Assembly (NCBI GenBank): GCA_012295275.1
Contig: CM022673.1
Location: 26,412,001-26,476,000 of the forward strand
Direction: 5' to 3'
DNA from: Chrysomallon squamiferum
Lineage: Eukaryota; Animalia; Mollusca
Length of the DNA stretch: 64,000 nt
Below the pieces are notes generated by a model, which was given only the letters and a program-made list of their open reading frames with translations, was not told the DNA's origin and searched no databases. Made by a program: the position numbers and the translations under genes. The number at the start of each line of letters is the position of its first letter. Position 1 is the stretch's first letter. Positions 27,901 through 42,600 of the stretch are shown piece by piece.

Positions 27901-30325
27901 AAAAATTAATGAATAAATAATATGTAATAAATCTATATTATTTCTTTCCATGTGTTATCTGATCATGAACTTCTGTATTGAGCTAAAACTGTTACATAGT
28001 TATTTACAATATTAAATAATTTCTCTTTATATTGGATGGGCAAAACCTGATTTAAATACTACATTTAATATGTTATTAATTGAAACAGAAGTATTTTAGA
28101 TTAGCATTTAACTCGTTTTTCTATCAGAACATCTTTAAATTCCTGTGTCAACATACTTTTTTTACAGTTATACTAAAATCAATGTGTTATATAACTTCAG
28201 CACATAGAACCCAGCTGGATCTTGTACAATCTTGCTGGCTTGTACTGGCGTATCATTGGAAACAACTACCATGCTATTGAATGCATTCGGCGATCCATCT
28301 ACCTTGTACCACCAGAATACAAAGACGTCCCTCTTGTTAACCTGGCAAATATATTCTACAAATATGGCAGGTTTGAGGATGCTGTCATTGTCCTGCGAGA
28401 AGCATTGGCTGTGAACCCATGGGAGGTTTGTAGCAATACTCTTTTCTTTCTTTTATTAGTTATATATTTTTTATTTGTTTTTTATTTATTTTTTTGTTAT
28501 TGTTTTTATCTGTGACATACAAATAATTTTACAGTCTGATATGTGCACACATACAATATCAGTGGCTTTAATTTTGTTTTTTGTTTTTTTTGTTTAAACA
28601 AATTTGCATTATTATTATTATTATTATACCATTTTTTATTTAACACCTTTTCCAAACTAAATAAGTTCATGGGTACTCTAAAATACTAAAATCTAAAATA
28701 AATATAGTCACAAACAGATTTAAATATTAATTTTAAGAAATCAAACCTATGATCACATATTCTTAATATTATAAAATAATATTAAACTATATACACTTTG
28801 GATATTTTAGTATCATTTCATTTTTCTATTTTTTTCTTATTTTGTTTTTTCATTTTTCAGCCCCAGACCCACTTCTTCTTTGGCAATGTATTATGGGCAT
28901 CAAAGAACTACACTGGAGCAGTCTGGCATTACCGAGAATCCATGGAGGGAGATGCAGCCAATGAGGACTGTCTGAACACTCTGCGAGCTATACGATGTCA
29001 CCAGAAATACCATCAAACTGCCCAGAGTGTGGCGCCAACCGAAATACCTTCGCAGCCAGTCGGAGTGAACTGCCAGCAGAAGATTGTCAACAAGCAGCAG
29101 ACTGAAAGTCGAGTCATATGTAAAACTGTAAGTTTAAATCTTTGCTTGTTGGAAAAATAACGTATTTTCTTATAGTTTGAAGTATTTTTAAATCATTGCT
29201 TGTTGGAAAAATGAGATATTTTCTTATAGTATGAAGTATTTTTAAATTATTTATTTGAAAGGTTTTTAAATCATTACTTTTTTGAAAGAAAATGGATATT
29301 TCTTACAGTATAAAGTATTTTTAAATTATTATTCATTTGAAAGACTTTTAAATGATTATTTATTTTGAAGATAATAGATATTTCTTATGAAATATTTCTG
29401 AATTACTGATCTGTAAAGCACATGTTATGGAGAAGTCTGTTTGTGACAGAATTACATGTGTCAAAAAAGACAGTCCTGACAAAAAAATGTTGACAGCTTA
29501 ATAGATCTGTATTGCATTCTGAAATAAATAACCTTTAAAACTTGTCAGTTAAAAAGTAAACTGCAATGGATGTAATTGTTATCTGAAGGAAAACGGAGAA
29601 GAAAAATGTGTGATTGAAACTCGTAGTCGACAGAAATCTGCAGATTGCAATGGTCACTGTACTCAGACCTGCACAGTTACACCAGTGAAAATGGATGGAT
29701 GCTCAGGAGGAACTAATGAAGCTAACACTGGTAAGTGTTTTTATTTCAATAGTTACAGTTATTTCCATTTGATTTTTCTGTCGTTCTTGCCATAATCATT
29801 GTACTGTTTGTACTGTTCAGTGTTAATATTAATTAACTGACTTCATTTTCATTTCTGCTAAATAATTGATGTAGATGTTGTGTTTGTGAAACCAAAAATT
29901 CTCTTCTTTTTGCTTAATTATTGTTATGAGAAATTAAAACAAGAAAGGATGATAAATGCAGAAATTTTTAAAATAGTAATTGATGTTGCAAAACCATTTT
30001 TTTTTTTTTTTCTTGAAGTGCAAGGACAAGTTTGATGTGATACAAAAGCTAGCTGAAGATATATACTAGAATTAGAGTTATGATTATAAATGTTTTGAAA
30101 ATAAATATTATGTGCAATGTGTGAAAATGTGCTGTAATTTCAGACAACTTTCGAATTCAGTGTAAACTGGTAAAAGGAAAAATGAAAACTGTGAAAAATG
30201 TTCATAAAAGTCCTTCGGGTACAAAAGTTGCTGTGGTGGTGGTTTTTAGCTTAGTTTTATCTGGGGTTTTTTCGCTTCAGCTAAACCCAATAATACATTT
30301 TTATTGGTGTTGTTTATTTATTTTT

Positions 30326-30372
<47 letters not shown>

Positions 30373-33300
30373 TATTTATTGATTTTTTTTTTTTTTTTTT
30401 TTATTATTGTTATATTGGTTTTTATTTTAAATAGTACTGATTTATTTATACTTAATTATGTTTAGATGGTTTTTAAGGGCAATAATGCAATTTAGATGCT
30501 TAACAAAATTATTATTATTATTATTATTATTGAAAAAAAGAAGCAAACAACACACTCAGCATTCAATTTAATTCCATTTGCTTTTTAAAGGCTTTATCTC
30601 AGCAATATAAATCCTTTGTATTTATTTTGTTAAAAATTCTGCTAATTAAATTTACCCAAAAAATAATTTTGGCTAATATGTGTTTAAAGTGACTTTTATT
30701 CATATTTTATATTATTTAAATATTTATTATTTATTAAATTAAGCTTTTTTATTTTGTTATTCTTATTTTTCCCCCCCCACCCATATTTAAATAATATTAA
30801 TATTTATGTTGCTTCAGTTTTCTAGTAACTAAAACTTCAGTAATGTACAGTTATATACAAGATACTATCTTCATATAGTTAGTGGTGAAATTAACTTTGT
30901 CTTTATTAAATGTTTGTTTTAGCATCATTGAACTAAACATGTTTATTTTTATTTTTTTATATAAATTCATATAATGTAATGTTAATGTTGATAAATGACA
31001 AATAAAAAAAAAAAATTGCTTAACATTGTAATTTATCATGTCACTAGTAAAAGAAACAAGATTGTGTTTTAACATTTGTTTTATTGCAGAATGGATGAAA
31101 ATTATTCAATTTAAATCTGTTTAAAGATGATTTTGACATGTTTATGAGCATAAAAATAACATAATAAATTAAAAAAAATCTTTAGTTTACTTACATGTAA
31201 TTATTAATAGCAGTATTTTCGTAATGTACACATGCACACACATGCTATATAGAACTAATGACAGAAATGATTAATTTTAATTGGTTTCTGAATTAATTTA
31301 ATTCATGAAAACAAGGAACACATTTTTGGGGAAGTAAAATATTAAGTAACCGGTGTTGTTGATTTTTTTCAGTGGCGCAGTGTGTGCAGAAAGGACCATC
31401 TCCTCAATGTGCAGGTGATAATGATGATGTTCTGTGTAAGTTTTAATAGTTCTGTCATGTTGTTATTATCTTAATAAATATTTTACACAGAGCGAAACAA
31501 AATGAGCTTAATTTTCATTATTCATTTTTTTTGGATATATTGTCAGAATTCTATTTTATGGATTTTTTTTTTGTTCAAATAAAAAGTAATTTTTATACGT
31601 GTATTTTGGGGCTTCTTTATTAATATTAATACATAATAATTTTATCTATTCATTTTTTTTAATTCAGAATTCAATTTTTTTTTTTTTTTTTTTTTTTTCT
31701 ACTTGTATTATGAGACTTCTTTATTATTTTATGTGCAGCATTTTTTTTTTTTTTTTTTTTTTATATTCTTAATAATTATATACATATATAAATCATAATT
31801 ATTTAAATAAATATTTTACAGATAAACAAAAGTCTGGTCTTCTGAGGCTTTTTTTTACTTCGACTGTCAGAATTTTAATTTTAGTTCATTTTTTTTATTA
31901 TTTCTTAAGGAGATGAAACAAAAGCATTTTAATATTTGAATCTTTCATACATTTACCTTTTATTTGTCTTAAATTTCACAGATAACAGTGACTTCACTGG
32001 TAAACTGGATGAAGTGAGCCAGTACTACGAAATGAAGGGTCTATGTCGCGGTGATGAATGCAATCAACTCAGAGTTCAGGTTAGACATGTTTCTTTTCAG
32101 CTTTCTGTTACATAAAACATATCTTCTCTTTCTCTCTGTGTTTATTGTACATTTAAAATTAAAAAACAATAGGAGTGGATTACAATTTACTCAAAGAACT
32201 TAACAGAAATGTTATGAAACATTTTATTATTATTATTGTTATTTTTTTTAATTTCAATTTTGATTTTGCAGAGCTAAATTATTCTATTTATTTTATTTTT
32301 ATTTTATTTTTTCTTTATTAATTTTTTATTATTATTATTTTTTTTTTTTTGTTTCTTCTTGTAAAGATTCAAAATCTATTCTTTCATATTTCTTTCTGTA
32401 TTTGGAAAATAAAATAATCACCTTTCAGACCTTGCTTTCCAATATTTCCACCCAAAAAATTATTCTTAAATAATAAAAAATAAAAAAATGAAGTTATTCT
32501 TTTAATAAGAGTCACACACAAAGCAATTTAAATACATCCAAGTATGCAAACATTTACTTACACGAGAGCATTGTCTGTAAATATCTACAAATAATAACCA
32601 TAATAGCCACTTTTAAAAACAACAATAAACTGAATTGTTAAATTCTGCATTTGATAACATCAGCTTTGACTTACAATTATTAATCAGACGTTTTTAGTTC
32701 ATGTTATATTTTTATTTATTATTATTATTTTTTTTTTTTTGACTCTTCTGACCTAGTGTTTTGTCAGTAAAACTTTTAAGACAATCTCTACAGCTATTGC
32801 ACATTTTTCCAGTGTCTTATTCCAATGAAGACTCACTCAGGCTTGTTGGCACATGTTATAACACCGCCCAAACTTTTTGTGCGACCAGTTGCGTTGCACA
32901 CAACACAGTGTATGGTACGACTGATTGATTTCTAACTTTTGTCCACCCCACCTCTTGAAATAAAAACCCTGGCATGGCATCAGTTGTTGTTATTGAGACT
33001 AGAAGTTTGGTAGAAATGTCTGCTTTTTTTCATTTTTAATTTTTAATTTTTATTTCTGGTTTTTTTAATGTAAATATATTCACTGGATTATAGGCGTGTC
33101 TGTTGCTTAATTTCTCCCTCCTTCTTCATGGCTGTATTTTCACAAATATAAAATGGCTGAGCTGGTTACAAAAATTCTGGGTTATATTTGTTTGAAATTT
33201 GTACCATTCCAATCCAGTATGAGATGAACCAGTTTAATAAATCTTTTTTGTTAATTGATATTCCACTGGATACCATTATGAAAGAACCATAAATAATTTT

Positions 33301-36300
33301 GTGAATACATTGTTGATAAATTGCATAAACTGCACTGGCATTGTACATGAGTTACCTAATGTATTCCACAAATGTTGTAAATACATTATTAAAACCAGGC
33401 AGGGAATTTAAAAAAAAAAAAAAATGTTTGAAATATAAAGATTTATTATGGTATGTCTGAAGAGGATTGATTTTTTTGTTTTTTGTTTTTTTAAATCCAT
33501 AATTTTCCAAATTCACATGTTTAAAGAAATCTTGTTTATAACAAAGATTAATCTAATTGAAATTATGTTGGTTTTATTTTGTAAATTAAAAAAAGTAACT
33601 TTTGTATTTAGATTATTCAGTTAACTTCATAATTCAGTTAATCTTTGTCTTGGCTTTATATATTTTGTCTCTACATCATAGGGTTTGATCCTTTTTTTTT
33701 AACATTTTTATTCTTTTCTCTCTTTTTTTTTTTTTTTTTTTTTCTTAAATTTGTATTTCTATAACACATCAGTAAATATTACTAATCCTGAGAACTATCA
33801 AAATTACTCAATAAACACTGGTCTTCTAAAAAATAATGAAGAAAACATTTTTTTCTAAGCTCTAAGTTTATACCTGTACTTTGGAATGGAAATTTGTGAA
33901 GAAATCAGTTTAGATTTTTTAAACATTTTTGCTGAAAACTTTGTAATCCTAACAGTATTATTACTTGTGATGGGAAATTAATTTTAAATATTACCAAAAA
34001 AATTGAGTGCATAATTTGTTTTTATTATTAAAGTTACAGATTAAAAAACAAAAAAAAAAAAAAAGACAGCAAAATTGTCAAATTTTTTTTCTGTTTGCCA
34101 CAGTCTAACATAGTGTTGGTTGTTCATATTTGATTAATATTTGTTTAAATAAATTCAGAAATATGTTAGAATATTGGTTAGATATATCTGAGTAGTCAGG
34201 CAAAGTCATTTTATTTTAATTTTTTAATTTTTAAATTGTAGACATTATTTGTGATTTTTTATTTTTGTTGTTGTTAGTAATTTTTTTTTACCTATTGTAC
34301 ATTTTTACCTTTTTTGCATGAAATAGCATTTACCATCTACAAATTACTGAAGTTCCTCTTAGATTTGCTTATTTCTGTTTTAATCTCATTAATTAAACGT
34401 TTTTTATTTTCAATCAACTAATTCTTAAAATATTTAAAACCCAATATTTCAGTAAAGTTGCATGTGGTAAAATGAAATATTCAATAAATTATACATGTCA
34501 GATTTTCCTTTAGGTTTTTTATCTTTTTTTATTTATTTTTCTTATTTTGGGTTCTTCTTTTAAAAATTTTTTGTTATATTCACAAAATAAATTCATATTT
34601 TAAAGATGTGTGTAAATAAAAGCTTCAGTTTGGGCACCAGTGTTTAAAAATGTTAGTTGCCAAGTAATCAAAATAGTCTTGTATCAAGTATGTGATTGAA
34701 TTAGTTACAGTTTAGATGGCTGACTTTGCTATTAACCATTCATTGTCGTTTCCAAGAGGAACAGTCTCAACAAATCCACATGAAGACTGGATTCTGTAGA
34801 CAGACTTTATTATTAGTAAAGATTTTCCAAACACTAGTCTTTTGCTTCCTGCATGATTGTTGTATTTTGTTGCATAGTTTCTGCTGATGTGTTAATAAAT
34901 GAATAATGTTAATTTTAAGAATTATTAGTAACTTGTTAGGGAGATTGAATATAAATGATTTAATTTTTTTTTTACCAGTAAAATGTAAATGATGTATAAT
35001 TTCAGTTTTCAAACTGAAACTTTTTGTTATTATTATTATTATTATTATTTAGTTAAAAATGTCAACAAAACTGATTATTAGAAGAATCTCTTATGTTTCA
35101 TGTTTAACATGTGTTACTTATGGAGAACACATTTCAGTATGGAGTTTCCAGACATTTTTATTCAACTTGGTGCTCTTCCATCTTTTTATCACTAGGAAAA
35201 TTTGATGGTGGCTTTTAAATACAAGCTATTATTTATATTTATATATATATGTGTATATACATACACATTTTATTATTAGGTTTTGATCACACATGGTAAT
35301 TCATCGTAGAGCAGCCCTTTCGGTCAATTTGTAATTTTACATTTTGGTTTACCCAGATTAATATTCGTAGTTATAAACTGAACCTCTCGCATTTGTTCGT
35401 TCCAGGGGGGAGGTCAGAAGCCACATGTAAAATTGGAATTTGTGGACGGCATGCTTCATCAGAAATTAATATTTGTCCAGACCCCAGGGGACCTGCACAT
35501 TGAGGACGATGAATGTGTGATATTTAACGATGGGACCAAATCTGATGGCTGTAACCAGCCTGAATACAGGGCATATGTAAGTGTGCCTACATGACTTTTT
35601 TACCTTTTTGTTGTTAATTATTATAAAAAAAACAATAAAAAAACAGGACTATTTCATGTCAGCTGAATTAGGTTTGATATCTAAGTGACTGTGCGCTGAC
35701 ATTTCAGCTTTTCGTAATTCATTATTACAACGTAAATATTTTCGTGTCAGTTCGCAAAGGTGTGATATCGGAATGCCTACAGGACTTTCTGAGAACTTTA
35801 AATACTTTGTCAGAAGTTGCTTATTAAAAATAAAAATAAATTTTGTCATCAGATGAATAATGATTTGAGGACAGATTTTTTTTTTTTTTTTTTTATCATT
35901 TACCAGTGATCTCCAACATTGTTAACGTTTTGCAGTCCATTATTGTTCAGTGTTTACAGTTTTTAAGTTGTGTAACTAACATTTGTTTTATATGTGACTT
36001 AACAGAAGATAATAAGATAATATTTATTGTACTTCCATTTTTTGATTTATTTATTTTATTATTCTTATTATGTTTTTTGTTGTTGTTTTTTTTTGGGAGG
36101 TTGGTTTGTTTTCTGAATGAAATATATTTAATCTGATATAAATTTCTGCTGACAGTTAATTGAAAAACTATTGTTGACATTTTTGAAATTCTAGTGTGAC
36201 TTTTTATTTATTTTTAAAACAAATTTTAAATTATAGACTGGTTACAGGTATTCATATATGTTGAAATTTCTCTAGCAAAAATTTTAATAAACATAGATAC

Positions 36301-37884
36301 AAACCACAAAAAAAAAAAAAAAAAAAAAAAAAAATAATTAGAAAAAAATTAAAATTTGGATCTGGCCTGCCTAAAGAGATCTTAAAATAATTAATTAAAA
36401 TATTTTATAATGGGAGCAGTCCCAAAATTAATAAATATTTTAGAAATTCTATTAAAATTTGTATCATTAAGACATCAATTTAAGCAAATATTTTTTAAAA
36501 GCAGTTTTTTCTTCATTTAATATCATTGGTTAATCATTGTTTTTTGACAGGGGGGAAGGATGGTGATTTCAAAATTAATCATAAACTAATATCCTAATTC
36601 ATAGCTTTAATCGAATAATTTGGCTGAAGCATTTCTTAAAGGTTACCTGTTTGTTTTTTGAAGTAGTCAATGCAATAAGGATTAACTTGCTAATGTTTGT
36701 GTCAATTAAATATGCTTTTTTCAAAACTTTTATAAACTCAAAAATAAATTAATAAGAATAAGAAGAAAAACACTTTGTTCATTATTTTTGTTTAATCTGT
36801 TTTATAAGTTTAAAATATATTTTTCGAAATTCTGTTTTTAATTTCAGATTTTATGTAAAATAAAAATATTTATTATTTTTAAATTTATTATTATTCTGTT
36901 TGTTTATTTATTATTTTTGTTTGTTTCTTGATTTCTGTCAAATACTGATACATATGTCTAATTTTTTAGTTCTTATTTACTGAATACTTAAGAATTCATG
37001 TTTATAAATATGCAATGAATTTTTTTATTTGATATTGTATTAATATTTCTGGTACACATTCGCAATGAAATTTTTGCTTGAATTTCCTTATGAAATAATT
37101 TTAATATTAAAAATATTTTCATTTTCATTTTTATTTTTTTTTTTATTATTATTATTGCATGTTAAGTGCTTTTTTGTTTAAATTATTGTAATTACTTTTT
37201 CATAAGTATTTTCAAAGGTTTCAATAAAACTAGTTTGCTGATAAATGCTCAAAATTCATATTTTACATTTGCTACAATTTTTTTTAGATTGAATTACTAA
37301 ATGTAATGAATGTTGTGTTTTCAGTTAACAAAAGACTGTTCTTATATAATTATTAATGCTTCAAAATATAAAATATTTTTATTTTATTTTGAACGAGATA
37401 ACATAATTTTCCACCAACAAATATTTTAATAATTATTATGGTAAAGATTAATTTAACAAAATTCAAATAGAATTAATAAATGAAATGTAAGATTTAAGTA
37501 AAACATATTTGTTAATGAAATGTTCAAGAGCTGATGTTTAACTGAATATTCTGATTATTGTCTTTTTAATATGCAACAGAAGATGTGAAAATGTGATAAA
37601 CACGTACATAAATATGTTGTATATGTGTTTGAATAAATATGATCCATAACAAATTAATTATTTTTATTTATTTTATTTTATTTTATTTTTTTTTTTGCAC
37701 CTTTTATAATTCAGTTTTTCTTACACATATTACTAAATAATGATAACTTGATTTTCTGTTGTGTGATCTGGAAGTGAAAAATAAAGCAATATCTTCTCAA
37801 ATTATCTTCATTTTAGTGTGCAATTATTTGACATAATTTTTAAAATGTATTTATTTACATATTCTTTTTTTATTATTATTATTA

Positions 37885-37928
<44 letters not shown>

Positions 37929-39364
37929 ACTTCTACTACTATTATCATCATCATTATTTATTTATTTATTTATTTATTTTATTATTTTACTTTTTTAAAT
38001 TCATGGTGACAGAACCATGTTGAAGTCAGTTGTTTTGATTCTTAATTTCCACTCATTACAAAATAATAATTAATACTTAGATGTTTAGCATTTTAGTTTC
38101 AGAGATTAAAAATGTACACAGGTACAGAATATTACAGACAGTGTGCTCATTAAAAATCAGCAACAATGCAAGAGAACAAATGTTTTTGACATTTCAAAAA
38201 CCTTCTAAGATATCTTAAATATCAACTGCATGAAAAACACAGAACTGTTAAATTCAGATATAGGTGGGGTTTTTTCATTAATAATATGGGGGGGTGAGTG
38301 AGTGTGTGTGTGTATCTGTCTTTTTTTATTTTATTTTATTTATTTTTTTGTGCGGGTAATTTTATATATAAACATATTTATTTTTTATTATTTTTTTTAT
38401 TTCATTATTATTATAATAAAATATTTATTTTTTCTGTTTTTTTAATTTGTTTTTATTTGTTTTGGGTGGGGTCAGGTTTTTTTTATTTTAATTAACTAAT
38501 TAATTTGTTTGTTTTGGTTTTTTTTTTTTACTTTCCCTGATCATTTTATTTGAAAATTGAAAAAAAGACAAACATGAAGTAACAAGTACTTCAGGAGGCT
38601 CTTACCTAAATCAAATGTTATCAAGATGTCTGTTGAAGTATAAAATATATCTAAAATTCCATTACTGTTCTTCTAAAGTGAATCTAACTGTTTTTTCTTT
38701 TTCTGTGTATTTATGTTTATTTTTATATATTTCTATATTATTTATAAATCTGTACTTGTAATAATGGCACCATCCTTTTCTGAAAGCCTAGATTTTTCCT
38801 TGCCATGTTACACAACATGCAGTTACCAGTTTGGCTGGCAAGTTTTAGATAAATGAACTATGTAATAATACCAGCTGAATTATATAACTTGATATTTTAC
38901 ACTTTGGGATTTGGGGAAATTTTTAATTGAAGAGCACTTAAAATGTGCAGTGTTTGAACAAGATAAATATCGTAGGTAAGATATGCTCATTTTGTACATT
39001 ATATGCATGTCAATGGGATGTTTTGTTGTTGTTGTTGTTGTTATTGTTGTTTTTTGTTAGTTATAGTTTGCTTTAGTTAATCAAAGAAATGTTTTAACAC
39101 ACTGCATGAAGCAACATTAATTTGTGACACTGTGATTGTTTTTAATTTCTGAAATAATTTTTTTTTAAATTTTTTTTTTTTTCTATTTCCTCTGTTATAA
39201 TTGTTGTCTTTTTTATTATTATTATTTTTTTTAAAATAATTATGAACTTGTTGCTATTTGTTGTTGATTTGTATATGTTGTTCAGATTTTTGCATTGAAA
39301 TTGGATTAATATTCTTGGATTGTGATATGTTAAATATAAACTTTTTTATTTATTTATTTATTAT

Positions 39365-39399
<35 letters not shown>

Positions 39400-39604
39400 C
39401 TGGTTTCTTTTGAGAATAAGAAATTGCATTTTTTTCTAAAGGCATTTTCAAAAAAAAAAATTATTTAAAATTTTTTTTAATTTAGGTCGTTTTTTTAATT
39501 ATACACTCAAACTCTGTCTTTTATTTTATTGTTTGTTATTTTGTACAGAAAAGAATATTTAAATAAAAATGTCCTTCCTGTTTATAGATCATTAATTTAA
39601 TATA

Positions 39605-39681
<77 letters not shown>

Positions 39682-42600
39682 GAAATACAACTAAAAAATT
39701 GACAAATGCATATAAAAAGATACTGGATATTGTCAGAAGTAACTTAATCTTCTTTTTTTTTTCTTAATCTTAATTTACATTTACAAATCCTTTTTTTTTG
39801 TTTGTTTGGGACTTTTTCCATTATTTTTTATTTTTTATTTCATTAATTTAAAAAAAAATAATTAATTATTACTACTGCAGCAGTTTATTATATTAACTGC
39901 AGATTAACATTTATCCACATTGCTCTTTGTATCAGGGGACATAACTTGTTGGTGGTTGTTTGCAACATTTAGATTTAACAGACGTAGTTTTGTTGTTTTC
40001 GTATTTTGTGCATCTTATGTTAAATATTTTAAGGAATGAAACTGTGATGTGAAATAAACTTATTTTTTTTAAATTTGATTTTTTTTTATCTAATGAAGTT
40101 GTATTTTCTGTTCTTTTTGTGAATATATTAACATAAAAAAACATGCAGCTTTTAATATTTGTACATTTGATGGTAAGTATAAAGAGTAAATCTTGTTTGT
40201 TTTTTTTTTTTCTTCATTTTGTAGATACAAATTCAATAAACAAACAAATTAAAATAATTAAATAATAAAAAAAATAAAACAAAATGAATAATTAAAAATT
40301 CTGATAGTATATCATTTCAAAGTTGGTGAATTCTTATCATAGATGATATTTTTTTTAAAGTTACTACAGAATAGAATTGACGCTTTCATTCATCTACAAG
40401 CTTTGTCATACTTTATTATTAACAAAGATTGTGTGCATCTAAAAGGTCTCTTCTGTTTGTATCACCAAAAGTGTACTTTAAACAAACTTTTAAAATACAA
40501 AATTATTTATGAAAACTATTCAGACAAAACTGAATAAATAAAAATAAATAATAATTTGATTGTTGTTATTAGTTTTTAGTTGTGTATGATTATTTGATTT
40601 CAGAAAAAAAAAAAAATAAATCTTTTGTTTGTGCTAAAAATATAGTTGTGCATGAGTAACGTAAATCTGATTTTTTTTTTAGTTTTTTTTAAATTTATTT
40701 ATTTTTTTATCTGCAGTGAATTTTGTCAAGATTAACATTTATGTAAATATATAAACGTGACATGCTTACTGCCTGTGTAGTTGTGAATATTTTAAGAAAC
40801 TCACCTTGAATTATGCCTTTTTTTAGTAATCAGAGTGCAAGTTAATTTTGATTGGCTGAAATTAATTGCATAAAAATAACACAGATTCTAGTCAGGGCAT
40901 AAATGGATTTTGATTCCTTCCCTTTTTTAATTTTTAATTTTTTTTTCTCCAAATCCAAGTTCACATAAACTGTGCCAGTTAAAAAAAAAAATCAAATGAA
41001 TCAAATAAAATACTATTTGTAATAATAATAATATTAATAATAATAATAATCTTTAAAGTTTAATACAAAAACTTTAAAGACAGAATTCACCGAATGTTTT
41101 GCTAAAGTGTATGCGTTTGTGTTTCTCTAGTTACAGTGCAAGTTGTAATTATTTTTGTTTTAAAAATAATTCTTACATAACATTATCTTAAAGTGTCAGA
41201 ATTAAACAGAAAAACTGATAATCGTTTATTTTAACTTAATTTTATTAACAGAAACATTCATTAATAATAATACATATATATATATATATATATATTAAAG
41301 ATAATATAATGCCTTATTAGAACAAAATGGAAAAAAAAGAATGATTAATATTGTACTTGTTGTTATTGATAGCTTTATTATAATTAAGAATTTTTAAATA
41401 TTATCAATGACATTATAATCAGGAATTTTTAAAAACAATTAATAAAAACATTGTTTTAATTATAAATGTTTAAAAATAATGCATTATAATTACAAATTTT
41501 AAAAATTTCTACAACAAATGTTAAATTAGTGTTATTTTTTTAAAACAAATTTTTGTCTTACCTGTATTGACTAACATTTCATTTTTCTCATTTTCAGGAT
41601 TTTCAAAGAAATATTGATTCTCTGAAACAAGATGTTGAAGTTGTTGAAATGCTTCTGAGCAAACATTTCAATTCCAAATGCGTGAAGGTTTCAAAAAATC
41701 AAAATGGCGACAGTCAAGAACTGCCAGGAACATTTGAGGTAAATGTTAAATGGACAGAACAGAATGAAGAAAAACCTGAGAAAGATTTAGAACTACCAGG
41801 TAAAAAAAAAAAAATGTTTTTGGTTGTTGTTTTTTTGTTTTGTTTATGTCTTCTCAACAGATAAAGATGTCTTACAAAGTGAAAAAAACAGAAGTTTCAA
41901 GGTTGCGAAGGGAAAAAAATAAAAATATACGATAGGTTTATTTAGCTTTCTGTTCGAAGGATTTTTTTTATTTCTGTTAGACATTTTTTTATTATTTATT
42001 TCCTTTTTTATTTCTGTTAGACTTTTTTTATTATTTAAATACTTATTTATTTATTTATTTATGATTTTATAATTTTATTTAACAATGTATTCATTCTGTC
42101 ACTTTTCTGTTAGACAGATTATATATTTATTTATTTTATATTCATGTATATATTTATTTAAAGATGTATTCATTATGTCAGTTTTCTGTTAGACACATAC
42201 ACATATACAAATGTATCATATTTATCAACTTTTATTTATTTTAATTTATTTATTTATTTTTTTTTTATTACTGTTTTTTTTTTTTTTTTTTTTTTTTTAA
42301 TTTTATTATTATTATTATTATTTATTTTTAATTATTATTTTGTCCAGATACCTCAGTCCATGTAAAAAACAGGTATAAACTCAAGTGGAAAGCTGAAGAT
42401 TGTACTAAAATAGAAAAAATTGATTTTGCTCAGTTTACCAGCACTTGGCTTTCAGTTTCTGCTAAGGGAATTGAGTAAGTTACAGCTTAATAAACTTTTT
42501 AAATTTCCATTTAGAGATGTGTAAAATTACAACTATAATTTTCAGTAAAATTAAACTTAATGGAAAACAGAATTTAAAAAAAAATGTACTTATGGCTTAT

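Noticed and set aside
35649-35830. GC-richer intronic segment with short inverted repeats (possible miRNA/snoRNA)
   Set aside because: The stems are short and imperfect; no recognised mature miRNA or C/D box pair.
38951-40178. Donor-like sites (cgtag|gtaaga ~38975, gatg|gtaagt ~40172) in the 6-kb TTC17 intron
   Set aside because: There are no convincing acceptors or homology, and the flanking exons join in frame without them.
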